30,914 nt of DNA from a virus (taxonomy: Duplodnaviria; Caudoviricetes), in the IMG/VR virus record IMGVR_UViG_3300037847_004857, positions 1 through 30,914 of that record; one strand, 5' to 3'. Shown here one piece after another: positions 1 through 7,333 of this stretch. A model generated the notes under the pieces. That model did not search any database. It was not told the origin of the DNA and was given only the letters and a program-made list of their open reading frames with translations. The number at the start of each line of letters is the position of its first letter. Positions within the stretch are counted from its first letter, which is position 1. Both the position numbers and the translations under genes were made by a program.

Positions 1-11
1 CACGCGTAGTT

Positions 12-40
12 TTTACACGTACCGAATCGCCTTTCAAAAT
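12..40 (+). promoter_or_regulatory. Candidate sigma70-like promoter for the early arm
   Basis: TTTACA (12-17), 17 nt spacer, CAAAAT (35-40); 5/6 and 4/6 consensus matches upstream of the first + strand gene. Confidence 0.25.
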
Positions 41-80
41 GGAAAGGGAAAAATCTATCATGCATCAGTACTCTATTGGT

Positions 81-617
81 ACAAGCGGGACGAGCACAGC
101 GTTTCTTGTTGCTCCTGTCCTGCACAAGCGTACAAGCGTACGTGCTACCACCGACAAGCGATTATGAATAATAGAAAGATGATTGAACTAATCCAGGGGG
201 ACAAGCAATGAATCGCAGACTACCACCATGGATGCCAGTCATCCCCGACTCCTACCACAAGTCCGACGATCTGTACGAGGCAGAGCAACACGCAATGATT
301 TCATATTTTGAAACGTGCGAATACTTTCTCGAGAGACTGAGACAAGAGATCGACCGATTCTCTGTCATCGCCATGACGATATGGATGAGGACACATCCAG
401 TACAAGAGCAATACCGACAAGCGATTGCAGATCGTGACGAGCTACAAGCACACGTCTTGTCCATGGTACAAGCGCAGCCAAGATACAAGGACTTTATCTG
501 TCCAGTCACCATGCCTATCATCACATCCATGGTAAGGGGGGACGCATGAAAGTCGGTTCTCTCTTCAGTGGCGTGGGGGGATTCGAACTCGGAACCTCCA
601 TGGTATTCCGACAAGCG
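81..617 (+). repeat. Cluster of same-strand ACAAGCG heptamers
   Basis: ACAAGCG at 81, 124, 132, 154, 417, 468, 611; ACAAGCA at 201 and 444; ACCGACAAGCGATT exact at 150-163 and 413-426. Confidence 0.8.
208..549 (+). CDS. Hypothetical protein (113 aa)
   Basis: AGGGGG SD-like upstream of ATG; stop overlaps next start (ATGA); no recognisable motif. Confidence 0.7.
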   Translation: MNRRLPPWMPVIPDSYHKSDDLYEAEQHAMISYFETCEYFLERLRQEIDRFSVIAMTIWMRTHPVQEQYRQAIADRDELQAHVLSMVQAQPRYKDFICPVTMPIITSMVRGDA

Positions 618-1313
618 GACATCATATGGCAGTGTGAGATGGACAAGTTTTGTCAACGTATCTTGCACAAGCACTGGCCTACCGCTATCATCTATGATGA
701 TGTACGCACCATCGACACCAACACACTACCCGACATCGATCTACTCCTCTGTGGATTCCCATGTCAGGACTTATCAATCGCAAACAACACCAAAGAAACA
801 GGAAATATCAATGGAACAAAATCAGGACTCTGGTGGGAAGCCCACCGAATCATCGGGGCCAAGCGGCCCAAATACATCATGCTCGAGAACGTACCCGCAA
901 TCACATACCGAAACAAGGGAGGCATGGCCGTACTCAAATCGCTTGCCGCGCTCGGGTATGATGCGTGGTGGGATTGTATACGAGCGTCAGACATGGGCGC
1001 ACCACACACCAGAGAGCGATGGTTCCTCATTGCCATTGCTACCGACACCAACGGTCAACGAGAGCAAGAACACACCGTGCGGGAAAGCACAATGGAAGCG
1101 CAACAGCAGCCTGAATGTGGAGGCTGCAAGGATGTGCGGCCATACACTACAGACTATTGGAGCGAAGGCACGTCTCAATCCCCGCTATGTAGCGTGGATG
1201 ATGGGATACCCAATCGGGTGGCTAGACTGAGAGCCATGGGCAATGCCATCGTACCGCAATGTGCGGCATTCGTGGCACACCAACTTAAACTACTCATAGA
1301 GGAGACACCATGA
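546..1313 (+). CDS. DNA (cytosine-5) methyltransferase, large (alpha-like) subunit
   Basis: Motif I SLFSGVGG, IV GFPCQDLS, VI LENV, VIII GAPHTRERWF, X RLRAMGNAIVP; motif IX not found in this frame. Confidence 0.95.
   Translation: MKVGSLFSGVGGFELGTSMVFRQADIIWQCEMDKFCQRILHKHWPTAIIYDDVRTIDTNTLPDIDLLLCGFPCQDLSIANNTKETGNINGTKSGLWWEAHRIIGAKRPKYIMLENVPAITYRNKGGMAVLKSLAALGYDAWWDCIRASDMGAPHTRERWFLIAIATDTNGQREQEHTVRESTMEAQQQPECGGCKDVRPYTTDYWSEGTSQSPLCSVDDGIPNRVARLRAMGNAIVPQCAAFVAHQLKLLIEETP
811..1230 (+). CDS. Nested +1-frame methyltransferase small (beta-like) subunit with motif IX and probable target-recognition segment
   Basis: Frame open 568-1230; contains LPRSGMMRGG and LLPTPT and ends in motif-IX-like LNPRYVAWMMGYPIGWLD; ATG at 811 has AGGA 7 nt upstream; exact start uncertain. 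Confidence 0.75.
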   Translation: MEQNQDSGGKPTESSGPSGPNTSCSRTYPQSHTETREAWPYSNRLPRSGMMRGGIVYERQTWAHHTPESDGSSLPLLPTPTVNESKNTPCGKAQWKRNSSLNVEAARMCGHTLQTIGAKARLNPRYVAWMMGYPIGWLD

Positions 1314-1888
1314 ATGCGAAGACAGAACTGGAAAGCATACTACAATACATAGACGCAAATATCATCGCTGCTGATGTTACTCTGGTGGACAGTACTTTTG
1401 TACTGCACCAGCAGTACAAGGCAAAGAACATCCGGGATTTTTGGATGTTCTTGGATATAGATTACGATGTAATCTACGGAGAGCAACAGCTAAAAGGGAT
1501 AGTATGGCTATCCGATGGATCGTGGCTAGAACGATTCTCGTATGATGGATCCGAACAATGGATCCATAAAACACAACCAAAGATTCCAACTCAAGGAGAC
1601 AACATGAGAACAACAGAAGAAGAAGCACTGGCCTATATCATCCGCAAGACTTTTGTCTTGTTGGGTGTGGTGTGGCCCTACAACACCATCAAAGAACTGG
1701 ATGTACAAGTCAAGCGCAACAAGCACGACAACCTGATTGTACTGCTGACTGTAGATGAGGACATACAAGAGATCAGTATCGACCCACTCGATTACATACA
1801 CGATGGGAGATCAGATCAAGACATCCTGTACAACCTGACACTGCATGCACTATCAGACCAGCTACAACACAAGCACGACTGGAGTTAA
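1310..1888 (+). CDS. Hypothetical phage protein (192 aa), possibly two fused genes
   Basis: AGGAG SD and ATGA overlap; N-half has YGEQQLKGIVWLSDGSWLERFSYDGSEQW pattern; in-frame AAGGAG...ATG at 1604. Confidence 0.75.
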   Translation: MNAKTELESILQYIDANIIAADVTLVDSTFVLHQQYKAKNIRDFWMFLDIDYDVIYGEQQLKGIVWLSDGSWLERFSYDGSEQWIHKTQPKIPTQGDNMRTTEEEALAYIIRKTFVLLGVVWPYNTIKELDVQVKRNKHDNLIVLLTVDEDIQEISIDPLDYIHDGRSDQDILYNLTLHALSDQLQHKHDWS

Positions 1889-1889
1889 G

Positions 1890-2123
1890 ATGAAGATATA
1901 CATACTGATGATTGTATGGGAACCATCCATGCATGGTATAGAGTACACACCTTTCTTCAAAGAGGACAAGGCTTACGAACATCTCGTCGACCGACTGGTC
2001 GAAGAGAACATCATCACACGCGGTGACCTAGCCTTTCAATCTATCCAACAACTAACCGATTCCCATGGTATCTCATGGGATGTAACCGTCTCAAAAGTGG
2101 AGGAGACATGCCCAAAAAACTGA
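1890..2123 (+). CDS. Hypothetical protein (77 aa)
   Basis: GGAG at 1881 and ATG at 1890 just after previous stop; start re-assigned from 1845. Confidence 0.7.
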   Translation: MKIYILMIVWEPSMHGIEYTPFFKEDKAYEHLVDRLVEENIITRGDLAFQSIQQLTDSHGISWDVTVSKVEETCPKN

Positions 2124-2347
2124 AGACCTATCCCATGTCAATGGATCCAGAAGTATACAAACTGGTGCGCGCTATCGCTGATGCCCAGTCCATCACCATG
2201 AAGGAAGTGTTCCGCGTTGCGCTCGGGCTGTATGTAGCCCACAACGTACACGCTTTCGACATCATAAAGAAAGGGGATAAGCCACCACAGCCTATCCCCA
2301 ACACCATAAAAACTACTAGCCAAGAACAGGAAAAGAACAATGACTAG
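2108..2347 (+). CDS. Ribbon-helix-helix (CopG/Arc-like) DNA-binding protein
   Basis: GGAGGAG before ATG 2108; KTYPMSMDPEVYKLVRAIADAQSITMKEVFRVALGLYV fits strand-helix-helix pattern. Confidence 0.65.
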   Translation: MPKKLKTYPMSMDPEVYKLVRAIADAQSITMKEVFRVALGLYVAHNVHAFDIIKKGDKPPQPIPNTIKTTSQEQEKNND

Positions 2348-4643
2348 CAATAACACCATAACACAATACCTCAGCACAAGCAACATCGCAGCAGAAGATA
2401 TGAGAATCGATGGATCTCTGCACCCGTCGCCAGACGTTGGATGGTACCGAACGAACAAACTAGAGTACGCGCATATGTTTGCATGCGGACTGAACTTATA
2501 CAGACAAAGACCCAAGGCCGTCCACGATCTGTCCGTGACTACCAGGGGAAGCAAGACCATCGAATGCGGCAAGAACTATGTCGGTCTCTTCTGCCCAGTC
2601 ACATGGAATACAAGAGAAGGCAACAGAAGAATCGATGCCGTCGAATCTATCCATGCCATGGTTCTCGACATCGATGGTGTTACGCCAAGAACAACCGAAG
2701 ACATTCTCTCCCGTCTCAGTCAAGTGTGCTATGTAGCATACACATCCTTCTCCCATCGCTCACCCATCAAGGATGGCAAGGATGCCTTTCGCGTGGTCAT
2801 TCCCTTCACACGTCCCTGCACACCACGCGAATACAAGACTGTGTGGCAGGCCATGCAATCATGCGTGCCAGAGAACGACATCCAGACCAAAGACCCATCG
2901 AGACTGTGGTTCCTGCCGTCGTTCCGAATCGATCGTGCTGAATCTGCATGGAAAAGACACAACAATGGTCATGCATTAGACGTGGATAAAATGTTACAAT
3001 ACAAGGCCTCACCCAAAAAGAAAGAAGACAATGGACATATGGCTCCAAATACTACTCCTGATATTGCTCCTGCTAATCACGACAACAGCAGATACACGAT
3101 AGCGCAAGTCCCATCCAACTGGTTGATTCAGTGTGATATCGATGGAGATACTGTCACCCATCCCTTCTCTTGGTACATCCAGAACTGGAAGAACCTACCC
3201 AAGAATCGATCCGGCAATCTCCCATGCTACGCACATGGATCCGAGACACATGGCTCTGCATTCATCACACGTAAGATTGATCCGCTCACCAACATCGCAC
3301 GCTACCGATGCACAGAACAGAACTCCAACCGACGCAATCTGGACTGCATTGCTACCGATGGTGGCATCGAGATATGCTATGGGAATCGTGGCGCCAGCTG
3401 GTCTGCACTCAAGTCCCCCGACAATATATGTGCCATGATAGTGGAGATGGGTCTGGACATATGGGAATGTGCCGTGCGAAACAAGCCATTCTATGGATCC
3501 GAACCTCTCTCCGATTCCCTTGAACTGGAGATCATGACCAAAATACGACAACGCTATTTTGTAGGTAGAGACATCGCACTCATCCGTGTACAACAGGCTA
3601 TCCAACTACACGCCTCACGCAATCGCATCCATCCAATCAAAGAGTATCTTGATGACTTGCGATGGGATGGAGAGTTTAGACTGGGCCGTCTCTTCATTGA
3701 CTTCCTGAAGGCACAGGACACACCACTCAACCATGTGTATGCTATCAAGTGGGCGATCTCCGCTGTGGCTCGTATCTACAAGCCTGGCTGCAAGGTAGAT
3801 ACAATGGTGGTATTCAATGCACCACAAGGACATGGGAAGGGTACGTTCTTTCGCACCATGGCAGGAGAGTGTCATCGTACAGGATACTCATGGTACAACA
3901 GCAGCAAGATCAACATCGGTGAGAAAGATGGACGATCGATTCTTTCCACCGCATGGATACACGAGATGGCAGAACTGGCATCGATGGCGAAGAAGGATGC
4001 CAACGTAGTCAAGAACTTTCTCGATGAGCAGTACGATACATTCCGTGGTGCATACCAAAAGCACGAGAAGAAGATTGCACGTGGCTGTATCTTCGGGGGA
4101 TCAGCCAACGATAAAGACATGGCTATCTTCCGTGACCACACTGGCTCACGTAGATACTGGCTCATGGTGCTGATAGGTAAGGCACACCACATGGCATACG
4201 ACCCAAAAGAACTGGAGAAGATACGAGACCAGCTGTGGGCCGAGGCTGTGGCTGCATACAAAGACGGCAAAGAATGGTGGCTCACTCCTGAAGAACAACA
4301 GCTATCTTCCGAGGAGAACAACAAACACAAGGTCACATCGATTCACGAGACGATGGTGCAGCAATGGTTGGATGATAACCCATGCCGATACTTCACCATC
4401 AAGGAGATGATGGAAGAAGTATACACAGAAGAACTGGATCAACCCATCGGCCCACCAAAGCGTGTACCTACTGTCGTCCGTCCAATGTCATACGAGAACT
4501 ACTATCCCGATCTCCTGAAGAGACTAGACGCTGTACTACAGAACTCCGGCAAGGCATGCAGAAGGAACGGAAAGAACAGAAGGGGATGGTGGCAAGCACC
4601 CAAGTCAAAGCTAGTCGACATACCCATCGCAACGATCCCATAA
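2340..4643 (+). CDS. Primase-helicase: N-terminal AEP/PrimPol-like domain plus C-terminal VapE/VirE-like P-loop helicase
   Basis: VLDIDG, YTSFSH, FRVVIPF, DPSRLWFLP (primase); PGCKVD, APQGHGKGT (Walker A), WIHEMAEL (Walker B), DHTGSRRYW, RDQLWAEA (VapE-like). Confidence 0.9.
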   Translation: MTSNNTITQYLSTSNIAAEDMRIDGSLHPSPDVGWYRTNKLEYAHMFACGLNLYRQRPKAVHDLSVTTRGSKTIECGKNYVGLFCPVTWNTREGNRRIDAVESIHAMVLDIDGVTPRTTEDILSRLSQVCYVAYTSFSHRSPIKDGKDAFRVVIPFTRPCTPREYKTVWQAMQSCVPENDIQTKDPSRLWFLPSFRIDRAESAWKRHNNGHALDVDKMLQYKASPKKKEDNGHMAPNTTPDIAPANHDNSRYTIAQVPSNWLIQCDIDGDTVTHPFSWYIQNWKNLPKNRSGNLPCYAHGSETHGSAFITRKIDPLTNIARYRCTEQNSNRRNLDCIATDGGIEICYGNRGASWSALKSPDNICAMIVEMGLDIWECAVRNKPFYGSEPLSDSLELEIMTKIRQRYFVGRDIALIRVQQAIQLHASRNRIHPIKEYLDDLRWDGEFRLGRLFIDFLKAQDTPLNHVYAIKWAISAVARIYKPGCKVDTMVVFNAPQGHGKGTFFRTMAGECHRTGYSWYNSSKINIGEKDGRSILSTAWIHEMAELASMAKKDANVVKNFLDEQYDTFRGAYQKHEKKIARGCIFGGSANDKDMAIFRDHTGSRRYWLMVLIGKAHHMAYDPKELEKIRDQLWAEAVAAYKDGKEWWLTPEEQQLSSEENNKHKVTSIHETMVQQWLDDNPCRYFTIKEMMEEVYTEELDQPIGPPKRVPTVVRPMSYENYYPDLLKRLDAVLQNSGKACRRNGKNRRGWWQAPKSKLVDIPIATIP

Positions 4644-4649
4644 AATAAT

Positions 4650-4681
4650 AAGCCACAGCATATACGTTGTGGCTTTTTTTT
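4650..4681 (+). terminator. Rho-independent terminator after primase-helicase
   Basis: AAGCCACAGC-ATATAC-GTTGTGGCTT stem running into a T8 tract. Confidence 0.85.
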
Positions 4682-4694
4682 ATGGTGCTATATT
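4667..4694 (+). promoter_or_regulatory. Candidate extended -10 promoter for the nuclease gene
   Basis: TG-c-TATATT at 4686-4694 with TTGTGG 16 nt upstream of the hexamer, overlapping the terminator. Confidence 0.35.
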
Positions 4695-4721
4695 ATCTCT
4701 TGACTGGACAACGGAGAAATA

Positions 4722-5351
4722 ATGATACCATTTAGAAAACTATTACATCAAGGAACCATCGCTGAACTGGCTGTCATGCAAGAGATCAATGAAGACAGAG
4801 CCATGCAAGCACTGTACAAGAGCAAACCATACGAGTACATGTTGGCGACCGTCGACCTAGAGATGAACGATCCACACGACATACGCATATACTGTGCTCA
4901 TCTCGAGCACATGGGATTAGAAAAACGAGATGAAAATATCTGCACGGTTGAAGTCAAGTCGGCAATCAACGGAGGGAGATACGATACATTCTTCGCTGAG
5001 ATTATACAAATAGCAACACAAGGATACTCAGCATATCTTGTGCATCCACCAACTTGGATTGTATATGTCGACATACCCACACGCACACACTATTGGTACG
5101 ACGGAGAGCTCTTCGTGATTGCAGTCAAGGCAAGATACAAGCATAGGTATCAACCCAACAAACTGAAAGCAGAAGGCATAACCTTCCCAATCAAATCCGA
5201 ACTGTTTGGATACTTGGGATGCTACAAACAAAAAGATGAATGGGACGAGATATGCGACAAGTACGATGAGATTATCAAAGAACGAATCAATACAAAGAAA
5301 CGACCACCAATCTACAAAGAATGTTTATTTCTTCCCACGCTTGCGAAGTGA
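4722..5351 (+). CDS. Putative PD-(D/E)XK superfamily nuclease
   Basis: GGAG SD; GTIAE helix, PHDI, TVEVKS, FFAEII match the E...D...ExK...E layout. Confidence 0.6.
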   Translation: MIPFRKLLHQGTIAELAVMQEINEDRAMQALYKSKPYEYMLATVDLEMNDPHDIRIYCAHLEHMGLEKRDENICTVEVKSAINGGRYDTFFAEIIQIATQGYSAYLVHPPTWIVYVDIPTRTHYWYDGELFVIAVKARYKHRYQPNKLKAEGITFPIKSELFGYLGCYKQKDEWDEICDKYDEIIKERINTKKRPPIYKECLFLPTLAK

Positions 5352-5675
5352 TGTTGCTCTTTTACCTGCACTCTTACGAGCAATGTTCTTTCGCTTCTGA
5401 GAACTACTGATCTCTGATGTTGTCTTTGGTGTCTTGCTCGATACCCGTTTCGATGGACGACAATACTGCTTCTTATTTGTCTTTGCACCACAAGCTTTAC
5501 CAGTCCTGGTATCGACCCACTTCTCTTTCTGCCAACGCTTTAAGCTAGCACCCTTCTTGCTTTTGCGTACCTTGCCCTTACCCTTACGACACTTTGCAAT
5601 CGCTTGACTAGCACGAGCAGACGGGAACTTCTTGTATGATCTCTTTACCTTTTTGTAGCAACTATCTTTGGGCAT
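5325..5675 (-). CDS. Highly basic Cys-containing protein (resembles DUF5872-like viral proteins)
   Basis: Very Lys/Arg-rich; LKRWQKEKWVD...CG...YCRPSKRVSSKTPKT motif; family assignment from recall. Confidence 0.75.
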   Translation of the reverse strand: MPKDSCYKKVKRSYKKFPSARASQAIAKCRKGKGKVRKSKKGASLKRWQKEKWVDTRTGKACGAKTNKKQYCRPSKRVSSKTPKTTSEISSSQKRKNIARKSAGKRATSLRKRGKK

Positions 5676-6012
5676 TCTCTATCTCCAAAACCAATCGCTC
5701 ATAATGTTTGCGCAACCAACTGGGATCTTCAGACACAAGCGTATCAATGTAATCATGTATCCATTGACGAGCAGCAACCTTGGGATCTTCCTTACCCTCA
5801 AGTAAATACACAAACTCAATCCACATCATCTCGTACGACACATTCTTTTGTTGTGCAATGGCTTTAAAAAACCACACAAGAGACATAACATGAGGATTGT
5901 TTCTACTCTTTATCCAACTATACACAGTATTGGGATGGATGCCAGCTGCCTTGGCTGTGCTCTTCAAATCCCCATGCTGTAAATACAAAGATAAAAACTT
6001 CTTTATGTGCAT
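5662..6012 (-). CDS. Helix-turn-helix protein
   Basis: LKSTAKAAGIHPNTVYSWIK HTH pattern; overlaps both neighbours. Confidence 0.65.
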   Translation of the reverse strand: MHIKKFLSLYLQHGDLKSTAKAAGIHPNTVYSWIKSRNNPHVMSLVWFFKAIAQQKNVSYEMMWIEFVYLLEGKEDPKVAARQWIHDYIDTLVSEDPSWLRKHYERLVLEIENAQR

Positions 6013-6434
6013 TGATTACCACCAGGTGTGACACGACCCTTTCGATATTGGCGCAGCTGCTCAATCAAAAACTTACCACAACAAGCAGTCGCAGCAAACT
6101 CCTGATGATAATACACATCGTTCCAGTCCAAGTCATATGTAAACAACAAAGTCTGAATATGAGTAACAAGAGAATCGAATCGGAACTTGGGACAATGATA
6201 ATCTTCAAAGTTTCCAGTCACACAAATCCCAATACTATCTTTGTTTTCACCACGAGTATGAGCACCTGGCTTATTAACCGGACGACCTTCTTGTATCTCA
6301 CCATTGTGGTCTACCACATAATGATAACCAATGCCCCACCATCCTCTATCCTTGTGCCACGAATCGATCTGCTCAACCGTAGTCTCAGGCTTAGATGCTG
6401 AATGATGTACCACTATCTTTTTAATGGTTCTCAT
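6003..6434 (-). CDS. Endolysin, N-acetylmuramoyl-L-alanine amidase (Amidase_2, T7 lysozyme-like)
   Basis: IVVHHSA, GIGYHY, GAHTRGENKDSIGIC, YHQEF..TACCG Zn-ligand pattern; GAGG SD before ATG 6434. Confidence 0.93.
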   Translation of the reverse strand: MRTIKKIVVHHSASKPETTVEQIDSWHKDRGWWGIGYHYVVDHNGEIQEGRPVNKPGAHTRGENKDSIGICVTGNFEDYHCPKFRFDSLVTHIQTLLFTYDLDWNDVYYHQEFAATACCGKFLIEQLRQYRKGRVTPGGNQCT

Positions 6435-6609
6435 TGCGTAAGTCCTCACCTATATCTGTAGCCAAAACACCAAGGACTTCAAGCAAATCATCAATCAACT
6501 CTTTCTTTTCATCAGCAGTAAAACCACCTTGCGCATAACGCACAAGCTTTCCAACCAATGCAAAGATCTTCAACCAGCTCGCTGGCTCAACTGTAATCTT
6601 GGGTACCAT
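6421..6609 (-). CDS. Small amphipathic protein (62 aa), possible lysis accessory
   Basis: SWLKIFALVGKLVRYAQGG amphipathic helix and acidic tail; directly upstream of endolysin. Confidence 0.65.
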   Translation of the reverse strand: MVPKITVEPASWLKIFALVGKLVRYAQGGFTADEKKELIDDLLEVLGVLATDIGEDLRNENH

Positions 6610-6788
6610 TATATTTCCCTGTAGCTATAACCGCGAAACGATGCTTTGGGTTTCTTCTGTCCACCTTTGCGTGGCTTTACACTTGAGTATGCTTTCTTTT
6701 GTTTCTTGCTACTCTTCTTTGTTTTCTTGCTACCGTACATGGGACCTCCATAAATGTTAGACATATTATTTTTGCATTGACAAGACAT
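6609..6788 (-). CDS. Small Lys-rich protein (59 aa; or 43 aa from ATG 6740), absent from the ORF track
   Basis: Manual translation MSCQCKNNMSNIYGGPMYGSKKTKKSSKKQKKAYSSVKPRKGGQKKPKASFRGYSYREI; AGGAG SD; TAATG overlap with next gene; fills the gap. Confidence 0.7.
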   Translation of the reverse strand: MSCQCKNNMSNIYGGPMYGSKKTKKSSKKQKKAYSSVKPRKGGQKKPKASFRGYSYREI

Positions 6789-6791
6789 ATA

Positions 6792-7103
6792 TTATCTCCT
6801 CGTTCGTTTCTTTGCCGATGGATTTTTAGTTTTTTTTCCTTTCGGCCACAAGTCTTTACAAGCCCAGTAACCTGCTGTTGTTTGATCAGACTTGGAAGAA
6901 CACTTATGACGTGCTCTAAAACTTTTCTTTGCAGAATCAGAATAGTTATGACCATACCCTTTGGCACCATACTTAATCAACTTTTGACGACCAGCTTTAC
7001 AACCAAGCACAACCTTTTTCTTTTTGCCATACCCTGGCTCTCCTTTACGCAAAGCTCGAGGACGATTGCACTTCATTGCTTTTTTATTTATCGACTTGGG
7101 CAT
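6792..7103 (-). CDS. Highly basic protein with KSFRARHKC...TAGYWAC..LW motif
   Basis: Lys/Arg-rich; motif recalled from uncharacterised environmental phage proteins; AAGGA SD. Confidence 0.8.
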   Translation of the reverse strand: MPKSINKKAMKCNRPRALRKGEPGYGKKKKVVLGCKAGRQKLIKYGAKGYGHNYSDSAKKSFRARHKCSSKSDQTTAGYWACKDLWPKGKKTKNPSAKKRTRR

Positions 7104-7323
7104 CCTTAATATCCTTAATATCTTCTGACATCACATCTAGTTTTTCAGACAATCTCAACATATGTTCTTGATACATCTTTCGATCGTCATCACATCGTAC
7201 CATCATACCATCTATCTGATCAACATATAACTGAGATATATACCACAATGCAATACATGCAAGAACCAACGCACCGCCTTGACCTAACACAAGTTCAAAT
7301 ATTTTTTCTTTATTCATACTCAT
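7084..7323 (-). CDS. Putative holin-like protein (BhlA/UviB-like architecture)
   Basis: One N-terminal TM segment LGQGGALVLACIALWYI then a charged coiled coil ending EDIKDIK; GAGGTG SD; first gene of the lysis cassette. Confidence 0.55.
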   Translation of the reverse strand: MSMNKEKIFELVLGQGGALVLACIALWYISQLYVDQIDGMMVRCDDDRKMYQEHMLRLSEKLDVMSEDIKDIKDAQVDK

Positions 7324-7333
7324 ATATCACCTC

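Noticed and set aside
81-206. Possible mini-CRISPR array
   Set aside because: Repeats are only 7-14 nt with irregular spacing; no cas genes
81-617. ACAAGCG resembles the Actinobacillus-type uptake sequence ACAAGCGGT
   Set aside because: No copy has the full 9-mer, and uptake sequences are dispersed on both strands rather than clustered on one
2441-2941. 166-aa alternative-frame ORF inside the primase gene
   Set aside because: Arg/Ser-rich off-frame composition and, unlike the nested MTase ORF, no motif complementing the host gene
6677-7109. ORFs 6677-6970 (-) and 6699-7109 (+)
   Set aside because: They overlap better-supported basic-protein genes that have RBSs and tile the region; hydrophobicity of the + ORF mirrors Lys codons
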